Made by a program: the position numbers and the translations under genes
Assembly (NCBI GenBank): GCA_021787125.1
Contig: JAJYMI010000007.1
Location: 1-55,478 of the forward strand
DNA: 55,478 nucleotides
From: Thermoplasmata archaeon
GTDB lineage: Archaea > Thermoplasmatota > Thermoplasmata > Thermoplasmatales > GCA-001856825
Direction: 5' to 3'
Part shown: piece after piece, positions 54,579 to 55,478 of the stretch
Numbering within the stretch: the stretch's first letter is position 1
Layout of the letters: every line of letters starts with the position of its first letter
The notes under the pieces: generated by a model
What the model was told of the DNA's origin: nothing
What the model saw: only the letters and a program-made list of their open reading frames with translations
Databases searched by the model: none

Positions 54579-55478
54579 ATGATTTCTGCTGCGGTTCTTT
54601 CTGGCGAAATCGCAAAGAGTGTTCTGAGCACAAGTTCGACTTGGAGTACCGCCAATATCGCAGAGTTGATGACCATAGTTGGAATTTACGTCCACGCATT
54701 CTTTTTGATCTTTGCAGTCGGTTTCCCTATCGTTGTCCTCACCCTTGAATCCATTGGAATCTTAAGGAAGGATGATGACTACATCGGACTTGCAAGGAAT
54801 GCTTCGAAACTCTGGGGAATTACATTCGCCGCTGGTGCAGTTACGGGGACTCTGGTCGAGTTTGGACTGGTAGTAGTGTGGTCTGGTTCCATCGCCCTAA
54901 TCGCTAGCATGGCTGCTGCGCCTATGATCATTGAACTCTACGCATTCATAATTGAGATAGTTCTGATCGGAACATATCTCACGACCTTCAACAGGTTCAA
55001 GCGGTGGAAGGGAGGTCACGTGTTGGTGGGAGTTGGGGTCCTGATAGGTACTAATCTTTCTGCCTACATGATCTTGGCCGTCAATGCGTGGATGCAAGTG
55101 CCATGGGGAACGGGAAATATTGTCGCACAGACCTTCCTACCCTGGGTACCAACCCTAGGTCCTCTTGTCGTCGATCCTGCTAAACTGAAGATTCTTGCGA
55201 CTGTGCTTCCGATATTAGGTTCCAGCCTTCTGTCCTCTCCGGGTGCGTTTCAACTTCTCTCCAATTTCACCTCCAATCCGTGGATTGCACTTTTCAACCC
55301 AGATACAAACGCGACCTATTTCCACAATCTCCTTGCTGCTCTCATCATCACGTCCTTCCTTGCTGCCTCCTACCTCTCTTACAAGATTATAAAGGGATAT
55401 GGAGCAGCGGCCTACAACTGGAAAGGACTCAAGGTTTCATTCTTCATAGCTTCTATCGCCTCATTCCTCCAAGCGGTT
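54579..55478 (+). CDS. cydA: Cytochrome bd-type quinol oxidase subunit I (partial, runs off window)
   Basis: My translation from ATG 54579 is MISAAVL...YVHAFFLIFAVG...GAVTGTLVEFGLVVVW...AVNAWMQVPWG. These are the CydA helix-A His, GxxTGxxxEF and NAWMQ motifs. The frame stays open to the window end. Confidence 0.85.
   Translation, partial: MISAAVLSGEIAKSVLSTSSTWSTANIAELMTIVGIYVHAFFLIFAVGFPIVVLTLESIGILRKDDDYIGLARNASKLWGITFAAGAVTGTLVEFGLVVVWSGSIALIASMAAAPMIIELYAFIIEIVLIGTYLTTFNRFKRWKGGHVLVGVGVLIGTNLSAYMILAVNAWMQVPWGTGNIVAQTFLPWVPTLGPLVVDPAKLKILATVLPILGSSLLSSPGAFQLLSNFTSNPWIALFNPDTNATYFHNLLAALIITSFLAASYLSYKIIKGYGAAAYNWKGLKVSFFIASIASFLQAV

Noticed and set aside
1-55478. CRISPR arrays, IS elements, transposases, integrases, rRNA genes
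   Set aside because: I scanned the intergenic regions and ORF translations by eye. I saw no regularly spaced direct repeats, no DDE/serine/tyrosine recombinase-like ORFs and no rRNA-like stretches. Only short promoter-proximal repeats were seen.

Overview
Archaeal chromosomal segment. EF-1alpha/EF-2, the rps12-rps7-fusA order, aMBF1 and mostly leaderless-looking TATA promoters support this. It looks Thermoplasmata-like from my memory of EF-1alpha sequences and from the many sequon-rich, membrane-anchored surface proteins, but the lineage call is inference. I can support about 60 protein genes, three tRNAs (Pro-UGG, Gln-UUG, Leu-UAA) and one aberrant tRNA-Asp-like element. Core content: the HMG-CoA synthase/thiolase/DUF35 mevalonate-entry trio, the rps12-rps7-fusA-(membrane ORF)-tuf-rps10 cluster, class II LysRS, Nnr, TldD/PmbA, PGI/PMI, two acyl-CoA dehydrogenases, an amino-acid permease/OCD/FAD-oxidoreductase patch and a partial cydA at the right edge. 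Items worth a second look: (1) a 4xCBS protein whose C-terminal ~95 aa resemble a bacterial HPF/RaiA ribosome-hibernation domain; (2) a nickel superoxide dismutase gene abutting its SodX-type maturation protease; (3) a wHTH-STAND(NTPase)-TPR protein followed by a leaderless promoter covered by a 25-nt palindrome, which drives a tight operon of a secreted beta-helix protein, a micro-ORF and two tandem paralogous His/Trp-motif membrane proteins, with a CuA-like cupredoxin lacking one His ligand nearby; (4) a PNPOx-like::UbiA prenyltransferase fusion; (5) two tRNA(-like) genes with non-canonical T arms; (6) a RelE/ParE-AbrB toxin-antitoxin pair at the left edge. I saw no CRISPR array, IS element, transposase or integrase. 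All homology calls come from by-eye motif recognition, not searches.
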